From Candidatus Margulisiibacteriota bacterium (GTDB taxonomy: Bacteria; Margulisbacteria; WOR-1; JAHJIW01), in NCBI GenBank assembly GCA_018823125.1, contig JAHJIW010000010.1:93396-157395 (forward strand): a stretch of 64,000 bases of DNA. Direction: 5' to 3'. The number at the start of each line of letters is the position of its first letter. The stretch's first letter is position 1. The translations under genes were made by a program, and so were the position numbers. Under the pieces are notes generated by a model that searched no databases, was not told where the DNA came from, and worked only from the letters and a program-made list of their open reading frames with translations. Shown piece by piece: positions 31,353 to 41,334 of the stretch.

Positions 31353-32192
31353 CTAGATTTTTACTCCTAAAATCTTACAAACATGTTCTTCGGCTTGTTT
31401 TTCTTCAGTCTTATAAGTTGAAAGGCGGTTTTTTAAGTCCACAAAATCAACTAAATGGCCGTCAAATTCGGGACCATCTACACAACCAAACTTGGTATGA
31501 CCGCCAACAATCACGCGGCAAACACCACACATGCCAGTAGCATCTAACATAATTGGATTTAAGCTCACGATGGTTTTTAAATTAAGCGGTTTAGTAATAT
31601 TGGAAATAACTTCCATCATCGGCACCGGACCTACCGCAAAAACTAAATCCATTTTCACATTGCCTTCGATCATTTCCTTTAAGATATCCGAAACAAAACC
31701 TTTTCTGCCGCAGGAACCATCATCGGTTATGATATGTAATTCGTCGCTTTCTTTTTCGATTTTATCTTTTAAAATTAAAAGGTCGGTGCAACGTGCTCCG
31801 ATGATAGTGATAACTTTATTTCCAACTGCTCGATAAGCTTTGATTGCCGGCAGTATTTCGGCGATCCCCACTCCACCGCCAATTACTACTACGGTGCCCA
31901 ATTTTTTGATATGCGCCGGAGCACCTAATGGCCCCAATAAATTAACTAATTCATCTCCTACCTTCATCGTATCAAGAACTTTGGTAGTAGCGCCAACTTT
32001 TTGAAAAATAATGGTAACTTCACCTTTAGCGGGGTCGGTTTCGGCAATGGTTAGCGGGACGCGTTCGCCTTTATCGCTTACTCGCAAAACCACAAATTGT
32101 CCGGGCTGAGCATTTTTTGCAATCCGCGGAGCCGCAACTTTGATTAAAGTAATGTTATCGGCTAGTTTTTCTTTGTGTAATAATTTAGGCAT
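31353..32192 (-). CDS. nfnA: NfnA/SudB-type FAD/NAD-binding [2Fe-2S] subunit
   Basis: ERVPLTIA, GPLG, GGGVG, DATGMCGVCRV...CVDGPEFD. Confidence 0.85.
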   Translation of the reverse strand: MPKLLHKEKLADNITLIKVAAPRIAKNAQPGQFVVLRVSDKGERVPLTIAETDPAKGEVTIIFQKVGATTKVLDTMKVGDELVNLLGPLGAPAHIKKLGTVVVIGGGVGIAEILPAIKAYRAVGNKVITIIGARCTDLLILKDKIEKESDELHIITDDGSCGRKGFVSDILKEMIEGNVKMDLVFAVGPVPMMEVISNITKPLNLKTIVSLNPIMLDATGMCGVCRVIVGGHTKFGCVDGPEFDGHLVDFVDLKNRLSTYKTEEKQAEEHVCKILGVKI

Positions 32193-32285
32193 AGAAAGAG
32201 TATTTTAGCGCACCCTAGAAGAAAAATCTAGAGAGCATAAGCGATTGACCTTCTCTATAGAAGGAGTAAAATATGATCACAAGCC

Positions 32286-33314
32286 ATGAAAATCAAGTTA
32301 TTCCTAATATTCATCATAGTCTTATTAGGAACGGTATCTTCTTATGCCGAAACCTATACTGCTGACCCATCCCGCATCGGAATTGGAGCAAAGCCTCTAT
32401 CTTTAGGAAAAGCAGTTACTGCCCTACCCGATGACGCTTCCGCCATTTTTGCAAATCCCGCCGGTCTTCCGGATGGCGATAAAATTCGCTTTACCAGTAT
32501 GAGCGGAAAATTAATTGATGAATACGATTACGTTACCGTCGGTGTTTCTCATCCACTTGGTCCGGGCACAATTGGTATCGGCTACGTAAATTTAGGCACC
32601 GGTGATATTCCAATTACTTCGGTTACCGGCAGTGGTACGACTGCCACAATTAGTGTCCTAGATAGTACTGATTATTATTCAACCGCGTTAATCGTATCTT
32701 ACGCCATGGTACTCGATCATTTTCCATTTTTACCAATGATGAAAAATCCCTCCGTCGGCGCCAACTTTAAATTATTGTTCCAGGGATTTTCCAATACTTC
32801 TTCCCTCGAAGGAGCGGCCGGGACCGGCATGGATATGGATATCGGCTCCCAATGGAGTCCGGCTTCCTGGTTAAACTGCGGCATCAACTTTAAAAATATT
32901 TTTCCCGCTAGTTTAGGTGGCAGATTTATCTGGCAAAGAAACAACGTCACCGAAGAAATCCCCATGACCATCAACATCGGCACCAACTTTATTCTTTTAG
33001 GAGATGAAGGGCTTTATTCAGTGGGCGGGCAAGAATTATCTTTTTTAGTTGATTCAGAAATGAGCTGGCGCGAAGTTAGACCCGGTATTTGGCACCTTGG
33101 CACCGAGTGGAAACCAGTCAGCATCTTAGCCATTCGCGGAGGAATTGACCAAAGCGTTTCCGCGGATGACAACGGAGCACCTACGGTAGATAACAATCTT
33201 TGTGCCGGAGTAGGCTTAAATTACCGCGGGTTTTCCTTTGACTACGCTTACCATCGTTTCGGGGATTTAGATATAACCACTTCACACTTCTTCTCGTTGG
33301 GGCTTGAGATTTAA
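32286..33314 (+). CDS. PorV/PorQ-like outer-membrane beta-barrel protein
   Basis: Signal peptide; GAKPLSLGKA...DDASAIFANPAGL; C-terminal FSFDYAY...HFFSLG. Confidence 0.72.
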   Translation: MKIKLFLIFIIVLLGTVSSYAETYTADPSRIGIGAKPLSLGKAVTALPDDASAIFANPAGLPDGDKIRFTSMSGKLIDEYDYVTVGVSHPLGPGTIGIGYVNLGTGDIPITSVTGSGTTATISVLDSTDYYSTALIVSYAMVLDHFPFLPMMKNPSVGANFKLLFQGFSNTSSLEGAAGTGMDMDIGSQWSPASWLNCGINFKNIFPASLGGRFIWQRNNVTEEIPMTINIGTNFILLGDEGLYSVGGQELSFLVDSEMSWREVRPGIWHLGTEWKPVSILAIRGGIDQSVSADDNGAPTVDNNLCAGVGLNYRGFSFDYAYHRFGDLDITTSHFFSLGLEI

Positions 33315-33316
33315 AT

Positions 33317-34057
33317 TTATTTAATTTCAAAAATGGGTGGTGCGGCAGCTTTATGCGCGGAAGCCAACATTCTTTGTTTAACTTTATTACACATGGCAGG
33401 ATTACATTCTTTTTCGTTGCCTTGCTCAATGGCTTCAATAATTTTATCGAGTTCATCGTAAGTAATACCCATTTCACCTTCGTCAGTTTGCCCGTGCCAA
33501 AGCCCCGCCGAAGGATGTTTTTCAATAATTTCTTGAGGAACTCCCAGTTCGATAGCTAAACTGCGAACTTCTTTTTTGAGCAGTCCACCCAGCGGTTCTA
33601 AGTCTACGCCCCCATCCCCATACTTAGTAAAATATCCCATTACAATTTCGCTTTTGTTTCCCGTCCCCACTACCAAATAATTTAATTTATTGGCAAAATA
33701 ATATAAAGCCGTCATACGCAGGCGCGGCCGCAAATTTACCGTAGCTAAGTCTTTATCATCCGGCGAACATTTTTTACCTTCCAACGCATGATAAAAACTA
33801 TTAAGCGTATCATCTAATTTGGCTTCGTAAGTTTCAATTTTAAATTTTTCGGCCAAATCCTTGGCATGCTTAGCATCTTCGGGATTACTAAAACACGGCA
33901 TCAAAAGCCCCAGGGTAGTTTTGGGAAATGCTTTCTTACATAAAACTGCAACGGCAGAAGAATCAACTCCACCCGAAAGACCAACCACGCACCCTTTGGC
34001 TCCAGCAATTTCTACTTTTTCTTTAATCCAGTCTGATATTTTGGTTGGTAAGTTCAT
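33317..34057 (-). CDS. nadE: NH3-dependent NAD+ synthetase
   Basis: GLSGGVDS, NLRPRLRM, GTGNKSE, YFTKYGDG, PSAGLW; no glutaminase domain. Confidence 0.95.
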   Translation of the reverse strand: MNLPTKISDWIKEKVEIAGAKGCVVGLSGGVDSSAVAVLCKKAFPKTTLGLLMPCFSNPEDAKHAKDLAEKFKIETYEAKLDDTLNSFYHALEGKKCSPDDKDLATVNLRPRLRMTALYYFANKLNYLVVGTGNKSEIVMGYFTKYGDGGVDLEPLGGLLKKEVRSLAIELGVPQEIIEKHPSAGLWHGQTDEGEMGITYDELDKIIEAIEQGNEKECNPAMCNKVKQRMLASAHKAAAPPIFEIK

Positions 34058-34155
34058 GATTAATCTCCTTTGGAATCAACCCAACTAGTATTCTAACAAA
34101 AAGAAGAGTTAGCGCAAAGCTGATTTGGCAATCTGAATAAAATCATGACAAAATA

Positions 34156-34193
34156 ATGAAATTTATCAATTAATTATCCGATAACTAAATAGA
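34156..34193 (+). promoter_or_regulatory. sigma28-like promoter, copy B
   Basis: ATGAAATTT-N13-CCGATA-N7-AGA. Confidence 0.7.
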
Positions 34194-34201
34194 AGGAAAA
34201 G

Positions 34202-35155
34202 ATGATTTTTATGCCAAAAATATCAAAATTAAATCGTAATCGAATTGATCTGCATGTTCATTCCACCCACTCGGACGGCAGACTATCGCCGCAAAACATA
34301 TTAAGGCAATGCTCTCAAGAAAGAGTAAATATGGTTGCGCTTGCCGATCACGATCGTCTAACTCCAGATTTACGTGCAGTCGCCCGTTCCTTAGGCATAA
34401 GATTGGTAATTAGCACTGAACTTGGATGCTATAGGAATGATCCTACAAAAATGGAGCACCCTTTACATATATTGGGGTATGGGATAGCTCCTTCTTCAAA
34501 CAAAATATTAAATAAATTAGCGGCCCTCGATGAATCCAGAAGAAATGATTGTTCCAGATTCAGGCAAGCACTGGAAGCTGAAGGGCTGGAAGTCAGAGAA
34601 GAAGATGTATTAAGAGAAGCCAAGGGACAAATCCCGCGGCGCTTCCATTACTCCGGCGCAACCGCAAAAAATCCAAATAATTTTGAACTATTAAGCCGAT
34701 TGTCCCCTGACCCAAAACTTAAATATGCCACTTTACGTCAAATAATGTCCGATTGTGTTTCTCGAACATCCGTATTAAGTCCCGCCGAAGCAACAAATTT
34801 AATCAAAAGCTCCGGCGGTTTTCCGGTTTTAGCACATCCCTGCCATAAATCCGATGGCTGGCCTACTCCAGATTCCCCCGGCTTAGCTGAATTTATCGAA
34901 GAACATTTACCCTTGGGCTTAATCGGGATGGAATGCTACTCTTCCCATCACCAAAGCCACATGATACCGCAACTCATTAAAATTGCTACGGATTTGAACT
35001 TAGCAATAACCGGAGGGACAGATTTTCACGGAAGAGAAGGAGAAAGATTGGGAGCGATAAAATTTAAAGATGTCTCCACTTTTATTGATTTAACCGATGA
35101 TATGCTCAATCCAAGAGGATGTCAGATAATATATTCCGCATCGGATTTAGGATAA
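34202..35155 (+). CDS. PHP-domain metallophosphoesterase (YciV/TrpH-like)
   Basis: DLHVHSTHSDG, DHD, HILGYG, VLAHP, TGGTDFHG. Confidence 0.85.
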   Translation: MIFMPKISKLNRNRIDLHVHSTHSDGRLSPQNILRQCSQERVNMVALADHDRLTPDLRAVARSLGIRLVISTELGCYRNDPTKMEHPLHILGYGIAPSSNKILNKLAALDESRRNDCSRFRQALEAEGLEVREEDVLREAKGQIPRRFHYSGATAKNPNNFELLSRLSPDPKLKYATLRQIMSDCVSRTSVLSPAEATNLIKSSGGFPVLAHPCHKSDGWPTPDSPGLAEFIEEHLPLGLIGMECYSSHHQSHMIPQLIKIATDLNLAITGGTDFHGREGERLGAIKFKDVSTFIDLTDDMLNPRGCQIIYSASDLG

Positions 35156-35157
35156 TT

Positions 35158-35967
35158 ATGCAAGCTCAAATTAACAAAGTTAATAGTTTTAAATTAAATG
35201 TTTTCCCGCGAAAGCTGAGAACCCTAAACCAAACGGTTCAGGTAGAAAAAAGAAGAAACATTCTTTATCTGTTAGCTGACCACGCCGGGAGACCCGGTCC
35301 CGGCCCCAAAGCATACTTGGGCAGCATATGTACAAGAACTGGAAATATTATTTCAACGTTCGGCCGCAGCTCTGCAGTTGACGTTTTATTAGATCACCAC
35401 GGGAAATTACATTTTAAACATGGAGATGATTATTTTGGCCAGCTTGAAGTAGAAGTTATCTTGCCAGAAGAAACCACTTTAACGATGGATGCCATAACCT
35501 ATCAACATCGACCACCCTTAATCAAAAAAATGCACATCGGAAACCCGGAGCAAAAAACACTAACCCTTTCGGTATCCAGCCTCACCCTCTGGAGAGAGGT
35601 TACAACAGAAAATATCCCGGATACACAATTAGGAGACTTCAGTTTAGTTGAACAGCCTTTTCTTTTTGCTTTTGGCTTTGATGGAAAAGTTACCGTTGGC
35701 CAGGGAATTCTTCCACAAAATATAGCGGCGGCATTAGGTAAGCTGCAACAAGAGGTTCCACGTTTTGTTCACCTTACTCAAGAACCAGACCTCGGCGAAA
35801 ATTTCTTATGTCAACACGTCAATTTACCCCGAAGCCAAGTTTCATATTCGATATTGACAAGAGAAGTTCATTTATCCGGATTAAACATTGGCATCCGAGG
35901 CAATATGGACCTTGCCAGTTTTGGCCTACACTGGAATTTGGTTTTCAACTGGGGAGTAAAAGAATAA
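35158..35967 (+). CDS. hypothetical protein
   Basis: Long ORF; ATG at 35158 follows the PHP stop codon; no recognisable motif. Confidence 0.6.
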   Translation: MQAQINKVNSFKLNVFPRKLRTLNQTVQVEKRRNILYLLADHAGRPGPGPKAYLGSICTRTGNIISTFGRSSAVDVLLDHHGKLHFKHGDDYFGQLEVEVILPEETTLTMDAITYQHRPPLIKKMHIGNPEQKTLTLSVSSLTLWREVTTENIPDTQLGDFSLVEQPFLFAFGFDGKVTVGQGILPQNIAAALGKLQQEVPRFVHLTQEPDLGENFLCQHVNLPRSQVSYSILTREVHLSGLNIGIRGNMDLASFGLHWNLVFNWGVKE

Positions 35968-36004
35968 AAAATATCAATTTCCTGAAAAAATATGCCTCCT
36001 GAAA

Positions 36005-36043
36005 GTGAAATTTTTGCACGTGTATTCCGATAAATAAGCAGAG
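36005..36043 (+). promoter_or_regulatory. sigma28-like promoter, copy C
   Basis: GTGAAATTT-N13-CCGATA-N7-AGAG. Confidence 0.75.
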
Positions 36044-36069
36044 ACTTAAAGTCCAAGGTTAGGTTCGAG

Positions 36070-36105
36070 AAGCCGCCAATTTTTTTCTGGCGGTTTTTTA
36101 TTTTT
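36070..36105 (+). terminator. intrinsic terminator in the saccharopine dehydrogenase leader
   Basis: AAGCCGCCA-N9-TGGCGGTTT, continuing as TTTATTTTT, immediately before the AAAGGGG RBS. Confidence 0.75.
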
Positions 36106-36120
36106 AAAGGGGTGGTCCAT

Positions 36121-37452
36121 ATGCCAAAAGTATTAATTATGGGAGCCGGAATGGTTTCGAATCCGCTGGTAAGACACGTCTCAAGACTAAAGGGGTACCG
36201 CGTCACCGTTGCAGACCAAAACTTAAGCGCCGCACAAAGAGTGATTGGAAACCAAAGAAACTGCCGTTCAATCGCCTTAAACGCCACTGATATCGCAGCA
36301 GTAACAAGAGAAGCTAATCAGGCCGATATTGTGGTAAGCATATTGCCTCCGGAATTTCACGTTGGAGTAGCAAAAGCCTGTTTAGATGCCAATTCACATT
36401 TAGTAACCACTTCATATATCTCTCCCGACATGGAAGCCCTGCACGAACAATTTTTACAAAGAGGTCTTCTTTCTTTAAACGGGATGGGACTTGATCCGGG
36501 AATAGACATTCTTTCTGCCATGCAAATAATCCATAGAACCCAGGCCTCAGGCGGAAAGATCACCGGATTTTTCTCCGCCTGCGGCGGACTTCCTGCACCC
36601 GAAGCAAATAATAATCCCTTCGGATATAAATTTGCGTGGACGCCTTCCGGAGTTTTTAAAGCCATGACCAACGGCGCAGTTTATTTAAGAGACGGGAAAC
36701 AAGAATCGATTCCCGCTGATCAACTTTTTGCTAATCCCACGCAACATGTATTTGAAGAAATTGGCACACTCGAAGCCTACCCTAACCGCGACTCGGTTAG
36801 TTTTATTGAAAGCTTTGACCTTCAGGGGGTCAGCAACATGCTGCGCGCTACTTTTAGGTATCCAGGCTGGTGCAGATTCTGGCATAAAGCAGCCCACACC
36901 GGAATATTAAGTTTGGATCCTATCGCGAGCCCTAATTCATTGAGATTCGTGGATTTAACCAGCAGAATCATTGGCGTAAAATCATCGGCCTCTGTACGCG
37001 AAGCGTTTGCCGCAACCATTGGCGAAGAAAAAGATTCTGAAATAGTTGAAATGGCCAAATGGCTGGGACTTTTTTCAACTGACGCTATCCCGACTAGATT
37101 GGATTCACCCTTTGCGGTTATCGTTCATCTGGCCGCCAAAAGAATGAAATATGCTAAAGGTGAAAGAGACATGTCTGCCATGCAGCACGTATTTGATATT
37201 GAAACACGAGACGGAACCCGACAAAGACAAACCTCAATTCTGGTGGATTATGGTATTCCAAACGGCGATTCCTCAATGGCAAGAACAGTTGGATTAACCG
37301 CCGCCATAGGTGCAAAACTAATTGCGGAAGGAAAAATTACTGCCCGGGGAGTTATTTTACCCACTCTTCCAGAAATTTATAATCCAGCAATCGAACAACT
37401 GGAAGATATGGGAATCAAAATGGAACACCGCTTTGAAACCTTAGACGGTTAA
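36121..37452 (+). CDS. saccharopine dehydrogenase (glutamate-forming; Lys9 / AASS-SDH-like)
   Basis: KVLIMGAG, VTTSY, GLDPGID, CGGLPAPE..NNPFGYKFAW, EAYPNRDS, RATFRY, SSMARTVG. Confidence 0.88.
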   Translation: MPKVLIMGAGMVSNPLVRHVSRLKGYRVTVADQNLSAAQRVIGNQRNCRSIALNATDIAAVTREANQADIVVSILPPEFHVGVAKACLDANSHLVTTSYISPDMEALHEQFLQRGLLSLNGMGLDPGIDILSAMQIIHRTQASGGKITGFFSACGGLPAPEANNNPFGYKFAWTPSGVFKAMTNGAVYLRDGKQESIPADQLFANPTQHVFEEIGTLEAYPNRDSVSFIESFDLQGVSNMLRATFRYPGWCRFWHKAAHTGILSLDPIASPNSLRFVDLTSRIIGVKSSASVREAFAATIGEEKDSEIVEMAKWLGLFSTDAIPTRLDSPFAVIVHLAAKRMKYAKGERDMSAMQHVFDIETRDGTRQRQTSILVDYGIPNGDSSMARTVGLTAAIGAKLIAEGKITARGVILPTLPEIYNPAIEQLEDMGIKMEHRFETLDG

Positions 37453-38208
37453 TTATGATGCCGTCGGCCTTTGATTTTCCAGCTCGAATACGGGCGAGGT
37501 AAAAATTGTCATAAAGGCAGAGTCGCCTAAATAAAAATTATTTTCTGGATGGGTCCGGCTGCCGGTCAAACAAATATCCTGCGGATGAAACCAGCTCACA
37601 AACACAAACTTAATGCCCTGCCCCATCAAAGTTTGGATCGTACGCCAAAGTTCAGCCTGCTCATTCAAAAAAGAATCATTAAAATAAAATACCTTTACCT
37701 TAGCCCATCGCAGCTTTAAAAAGGGAAGCTCAATATCTTCTTCGATGTCCCGGATTACTGGGAATAGCCACTGACATTCATCAATAATTATAACTCTCGA
37801 CTTTTTGCCAGCCGCCAAAGTTTCCGCTTTCGTTTTTCTAAAGCACTCTCTTACTACCTGCGAGCTAACTTTCTCCCTGATAAATTCATATACTAGGAGC
37901 CTCTCCCCCATTTTTAAATAAGCGGCTTTTCCTAAATGTTCCACGAGTACCGGTTGAAGCACATTTTGCGCCCAGTATGTTTTACCGATCTTAGTATTAT
38001 TTCTAAAACAGTAATGGCGGTTTCTAACGCTGTCATGATAATGCCGGCCGCTAACATAGATCGATTCATATTTTTTTAGTCGGTCCACCGCCACCTGCGC
38101 GGCTTCACGGGCGGCTCCACGTCTAACTCTGTACACAAAACCGGGAACCAACTGATAATGGCCTTTCTGAATATGAGGACAGACTGGTGCCTTAATTGAA
38201 GTTCTCAT
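37453..38208 (-). CDS. hypothetical protein with degenerate P-loop NTPase motifs
   Basis: NNTKIGKT (Walker-A-like) and VIIIDE (Walker-B-like); ATG at 38208 overlaps the end of the amidohydrolase. Confidence 0.55.
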   Translation of the reverse strand: MRTSIKAPVCPHIQKGHYQLVPGFVYRVRRGAAREAAQVAVDRLKKYESIYVSGRHYHDSVRNRHYCFRNNTKIGKTYWAQNVLQPVLVEHLGKAAYLKMGERLLVYEFIREKVSSQVVRECFRKTKAETLAAGKKSRVIIIDECQWLFPVIRDIEEDIELPFLKLRWAKVKVFYFNDSFLNEQAELWRTIQTLMGQGIKFVFVSWFHPQDICLTGSRTHPENNFYLGDSAFMTIFTSPVFELENQRPTAS

Positions 38209-39784
38209 AAACCACTCCGCCATCAAAAATAGTTAAAAGCGGACGGGTCGATAGTAAATCCGGCGCCGGAATTTTAAAAAAGTCAGGACGCAATACAACC
38301 AAATCCGCAATATATCCGGGCTTTACCGCACCTTCAACTTTTTCGCGGCAGGCAGCATAGGCATTTCCATAAATATATGCCCCAAGCGCCTGCTTTAAAG
38401 TTAAACGCTGGTTAGGATACCAGCCGCCGCGCGGAGTTCCGTCTAACCGCGTCCGCTGGGTCGCAGCAAATAAGCCTTTCATGGGATTGGGGGTTTCAAT
38501 AGGAGCATCTGAACTAAAGGCCAGGGTAACTCTCGCTTCGTACATTTCTCTCATGCGATAAGCGCGGCGCGCTCTTCTTCCCAAAAACTCATTCGCAGTT
38601 GATATATCATCCGGAAGTTGTGACGGCTGCATCGATGCAATAATCCCTAACCAGGCAATACGCCTTAACTCATGGGTTCTTAAAAGTTGCACGTGTTCAA
38701 TCCTTGACCGCAAATTTGGATCAATCGATCGCGAAGCTTCAATGGCATCAATAGCATTTTTATTAGCACGCTCGCCAATGGCATGAATTGCTGCAGGAAA
38801 ACCATGTCTTGCGGACTCAACCACTTCTTCAATTAATTGATCGCGGGGAATCACTTCTTCTCCGCAGGAAAACGTGCCATTGTAAGGTTTAAACGTTAAT
38901 GCGGTTTGCGCTCCCAGCGTACCGTCAGAAATAAATTTTGTTCCCAATACCGAAAATCTATCGTCTTCTTCCACGCGCGCCGCTAAAGCCAGCTCCAGAT
39001 CTCTAAATAAAAATCCCATCCGGATCCTGAAATTTAACTGCCCGTTATCTCTCAAAGACTGATAAGCCGCATATTCTTCTCTTCCGGAAACGTCGCCAAA
39101 ACCAACCCCAAAGGTATGGGTAGAAGTTATGCCTAGCGAAAACATTTGCGGTATGCCAATGCTTAACGCAGCCTTTATGGCCTCCTGATCCGGTTTGGGT
39201 ATATGTGGCTTTACCAGATCGCAAGCTGTCTCCAAAAACACGCCGGTAGGATTACCAGCTGCATCCCTTATAATTTTTCCGCCTTCCGGATCCGCTGTGT
39301 TACGGGTAATTCCAGCTCTCTCCAATACTTCCGAATTAACCCAAAGCAAATGCGAACAATAACTAGTCAAAGCCGTTGGGATTTTTCCGGTTATCGCATC
39401 CAACTCCTGCCGGATCGGGAATCTTCCGCCAAATCTATCTTTATGCCAACCACCGCCCCGGATCCACTGCCCCACATCTAACCCTTCTGTTCTGCCTCTC
39501 ACTGCTTCCAGCATTTTTTCCGGAGTTTTAGCTTCTCTCAAGTCAAGTTGAGTCAGCCTTAATGAGTAATCAACAAAATGAGTATGGCCATCTACAAAAG
39601 CCGGCATGAGGACGGCGCCTTTCAGGTCAACATCGCTCCCCAAACAAGGTGGTGCTTTTCTTTGGGCGGGTCGCACTTCGATAATTCTTCCGTGCTGGCA
39701 TACTACATCACTAAGTCCCCGGTCAAGCCGCGGGGTTTTTGGATGGAAAACGCGGGCATTTCTCAAAACTAATCTACCTGGCAT
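38192..39784 (-). CDS. amidohydrolase family 3 (YtcJ-like) protein
   Basis: PAFVDGHTH, KFISDG, HAIGERA, RIEHVQ, FSSDAP, GYIADLVVL. Confidence 0.88.
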   Translation of the reverse strand: MPGRLVLRNARVFHPKTPRLDRGLSDVVCQHGRIIEVRPAQRKAPPCLGSDVDLKGAVLMPAFVDGHTHFVDYSLRLTQLDLREAKTPEKMLEAVRGRTEGLDVGQWIRGGGWHKDRFGGRFPIRQELDAITGKIPTALTSYCSHLLWVNSEVLERAGITRNTADPEGGKIIRDAAGNPTGVFLETACDLVKPHIPKPDQEAIKAALSIGIPQMFSLGITSTHTFGVGFGDVSGREEYAAYQSLRDNGQLNFRIRMGFLFRDLELALAARVEEDDRFSVLGTKFISDGTLGAQTALTFKPYNGTFSCGEEVIPRDQLIEEVVESARHGFPAAIHAIGERANKNAIDAIEASRSIDPNLRSRIEHVQLLRTHELRRIAWLGIIASMQPSQLPDDISTANEFLGRRARRAYRMREMYEARVTLAFSSDAPIETPNPMKGLFAATQRTRLDGTPRGGWYPNQRLTLKQALGAYIYGNAYAACREKVEGAVKPGYIADLVVLRPDFFKIPAPDLLSTRPLLTIFDGGVVYENFN

Positions 39785-39796
39785 AAAAATTCCCTC

Positions 39797-39833
39797 AAAA
39801 CAGCAAAGCCGATCCTAAAAATTTAGGATCGGC
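39797..39833 (-). terminator. intrinsic terminator between LKR and the amidohydrolase
   Basis: GCCGATCCTAAA / TTTAGGATCGGC stem followed by TTTGCTGTTTT, directly before the GAGGG RBS. Confidence 0.75.
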
Positions 39834-39849
39834 CTGCTAAAATAATAAA

Positions 39850-41283
39850 CTATATATTCACATCGTGTTTATCTTTTAATTCTGCACCGTGTTCAATTAG
39901 TGCGTCCAGCATTAATTGATTATCCGCATACCTTGGAGTAAATTCTCCTCTCCAAACAATAACCGCATTTCTTATCTGCGGCGGAAGTGAATTTCTTCCT
40001 ACAGCAAACGGTTGATTATATTCTGCGCTAGCAATACCTGAAACAAACGGCAAAAGCATACGGCTAAATTCCGCCGCCGAAACTGCCGGCAATTCACAAG
40101 GCATGGTTTCTACTGCGTTAACCGGAATCCCAGTACCGTTCACTCCATAAGTAATTCTACCGGTGCTAGGATTATATACATAAAATGGATTTTCAGGTTT
40201 AGTCCCCGCTAGCGTTCCATGCATCGGACCTTGGCCAGTAGTTGCATTAAATACGTCGCATCCTACATCGCCAATGGCTACCAAACGATTATCCGAGGTA
40301 CTTAACGCCGATGCCATAAGATCTCTCGAGACCAAAGCTGGCTGTCCAGGTTTCCAAAGCGCATTATTCATAAGCAACGTAAAGAGATGCAGATAGCGAC
40401 CCATAGTAGATTCATAAGCCTCGGGATCAGCATCTAAATCTGTTTTTGAACCCGGTCTTCCATCAATCCTCTGGTATCTTCCATTTGGTCCGATTCGGTC
40501 AAACAAAACGCTGTAAACTTCATTTCTCGAAAGCGATTGCAGGGTTGCCGGATCCAGGAGATCGCTGGGCGAAAGGCTTTTTGCTCCGAGAGCATTATAT
40601 ATTTCAAGCGAACCTTGTCCGCAGCGTCCACCACCCGTAAATCCAACAATCATGGGCGGCATACCATCTGGAAGTCCATTCTTTTTAATATCCTTTCCGA
40701 TTTTTCCTAGCTGCGCCTTGATCTGATCAATTGCATCCTCGCCAGAATAATCAAAAGCCTGCCTGACGGATAAAAATGGATTTTCAATTCCCATCACATC
40801 CAATCTTCTACCTAACAGATGTAAAGAATCAGTCATACCTACAATTCCCGCAAACCGGCCAAAAGCAACTAACCTCTCCCCCCTATCATTTGTAATATAT
40901 TCATAATCAACATAAGTTGCTCGGGCATCTACAATATTTTGCAGCATATTCATATTTTCCGGCTGTCCCTTAGTAACATGCCCAAAAAATACATAGACTC
41001 CATTTTCCTTAAAAACATCCGCCGGAATTTGTTTTACCCCAAACATCAATGGTTTCTCCGGACTTAGCTCGGTAACAATGCGGGCACCGGCATCCCGGTA
41101 CGCTTGCGCTGGATAAATCCTGAGTGGAGACCTTTGAACTGTAACTTCTAATGCATGCTGGCCGGTTAATTCCGCAACCGCAGACGGATTTAAAGTTACC
41201 CTTCTTTCATAACGATGCATCACTTCACGCGGGATCTGGACGGTTCTGGCTCTTTTTTGAACTGGTCGTGCTACGCTTGTCAT
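39850..41283 (-). CDS. lysine-ketoglutarate reductase / Lys1-type saccharopine dehydrogenase (AlaDh/PNT fold)
   Basis: YERRV, GVKQ, FFGHVTKGQ, DYEYI...RLVAFGRFAG, GDVGCD, VETMPCELP match the LKR domain of AASS; ATG at 41283 after AAAGGGGG. Confidence 0.85.
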   Translation of the reverse strand: MTSVARPVQKRARTVQIPREVMHRYERRVTLNPSAVAELTGQHALEVTVQRSPLRIYPAQAYRDAGARIVTELSPEKPLMFGVKQIPADVFKENGVYVFFGHVTKGQPENMNMLQNIVDARATYVDYEYITNDRGERLVAFGRFAGIVGMTDSLHLLGRRLDVMGIENPFLSVRQAFDYSGEDAIDQIKAQLGKIGKDIKKNGLPDGMPPMIVGFTGGGRCGQGSLEIYNALGAKSLSPSDLLDPATLQSLSRNEVYSVLFDRIGPNGRYQRIDGRPGSKTDLDADPEAYESTMGRYLHLFTLLMNNALWKPGQPALVSRDLMASALSTSDNRLVAIGDVGCDVFNATTGQGPMHGTLAGTKPENPFYVYNPSTGRITYGVNGTGIPVNAVETMPCELPAVSAAEFSRMLLPFVSGIASAEYNQPFAVGRNSLPPQIRNAVIVWRGEFTPRYADNQLMLDALIEHGAELKDKHDVNI

Positions 41284-41334
41284 ATTAATTCCCCCTTTCA
41301 TTATTATAAGTATATGTTTTGCCAAGATTCCGAT

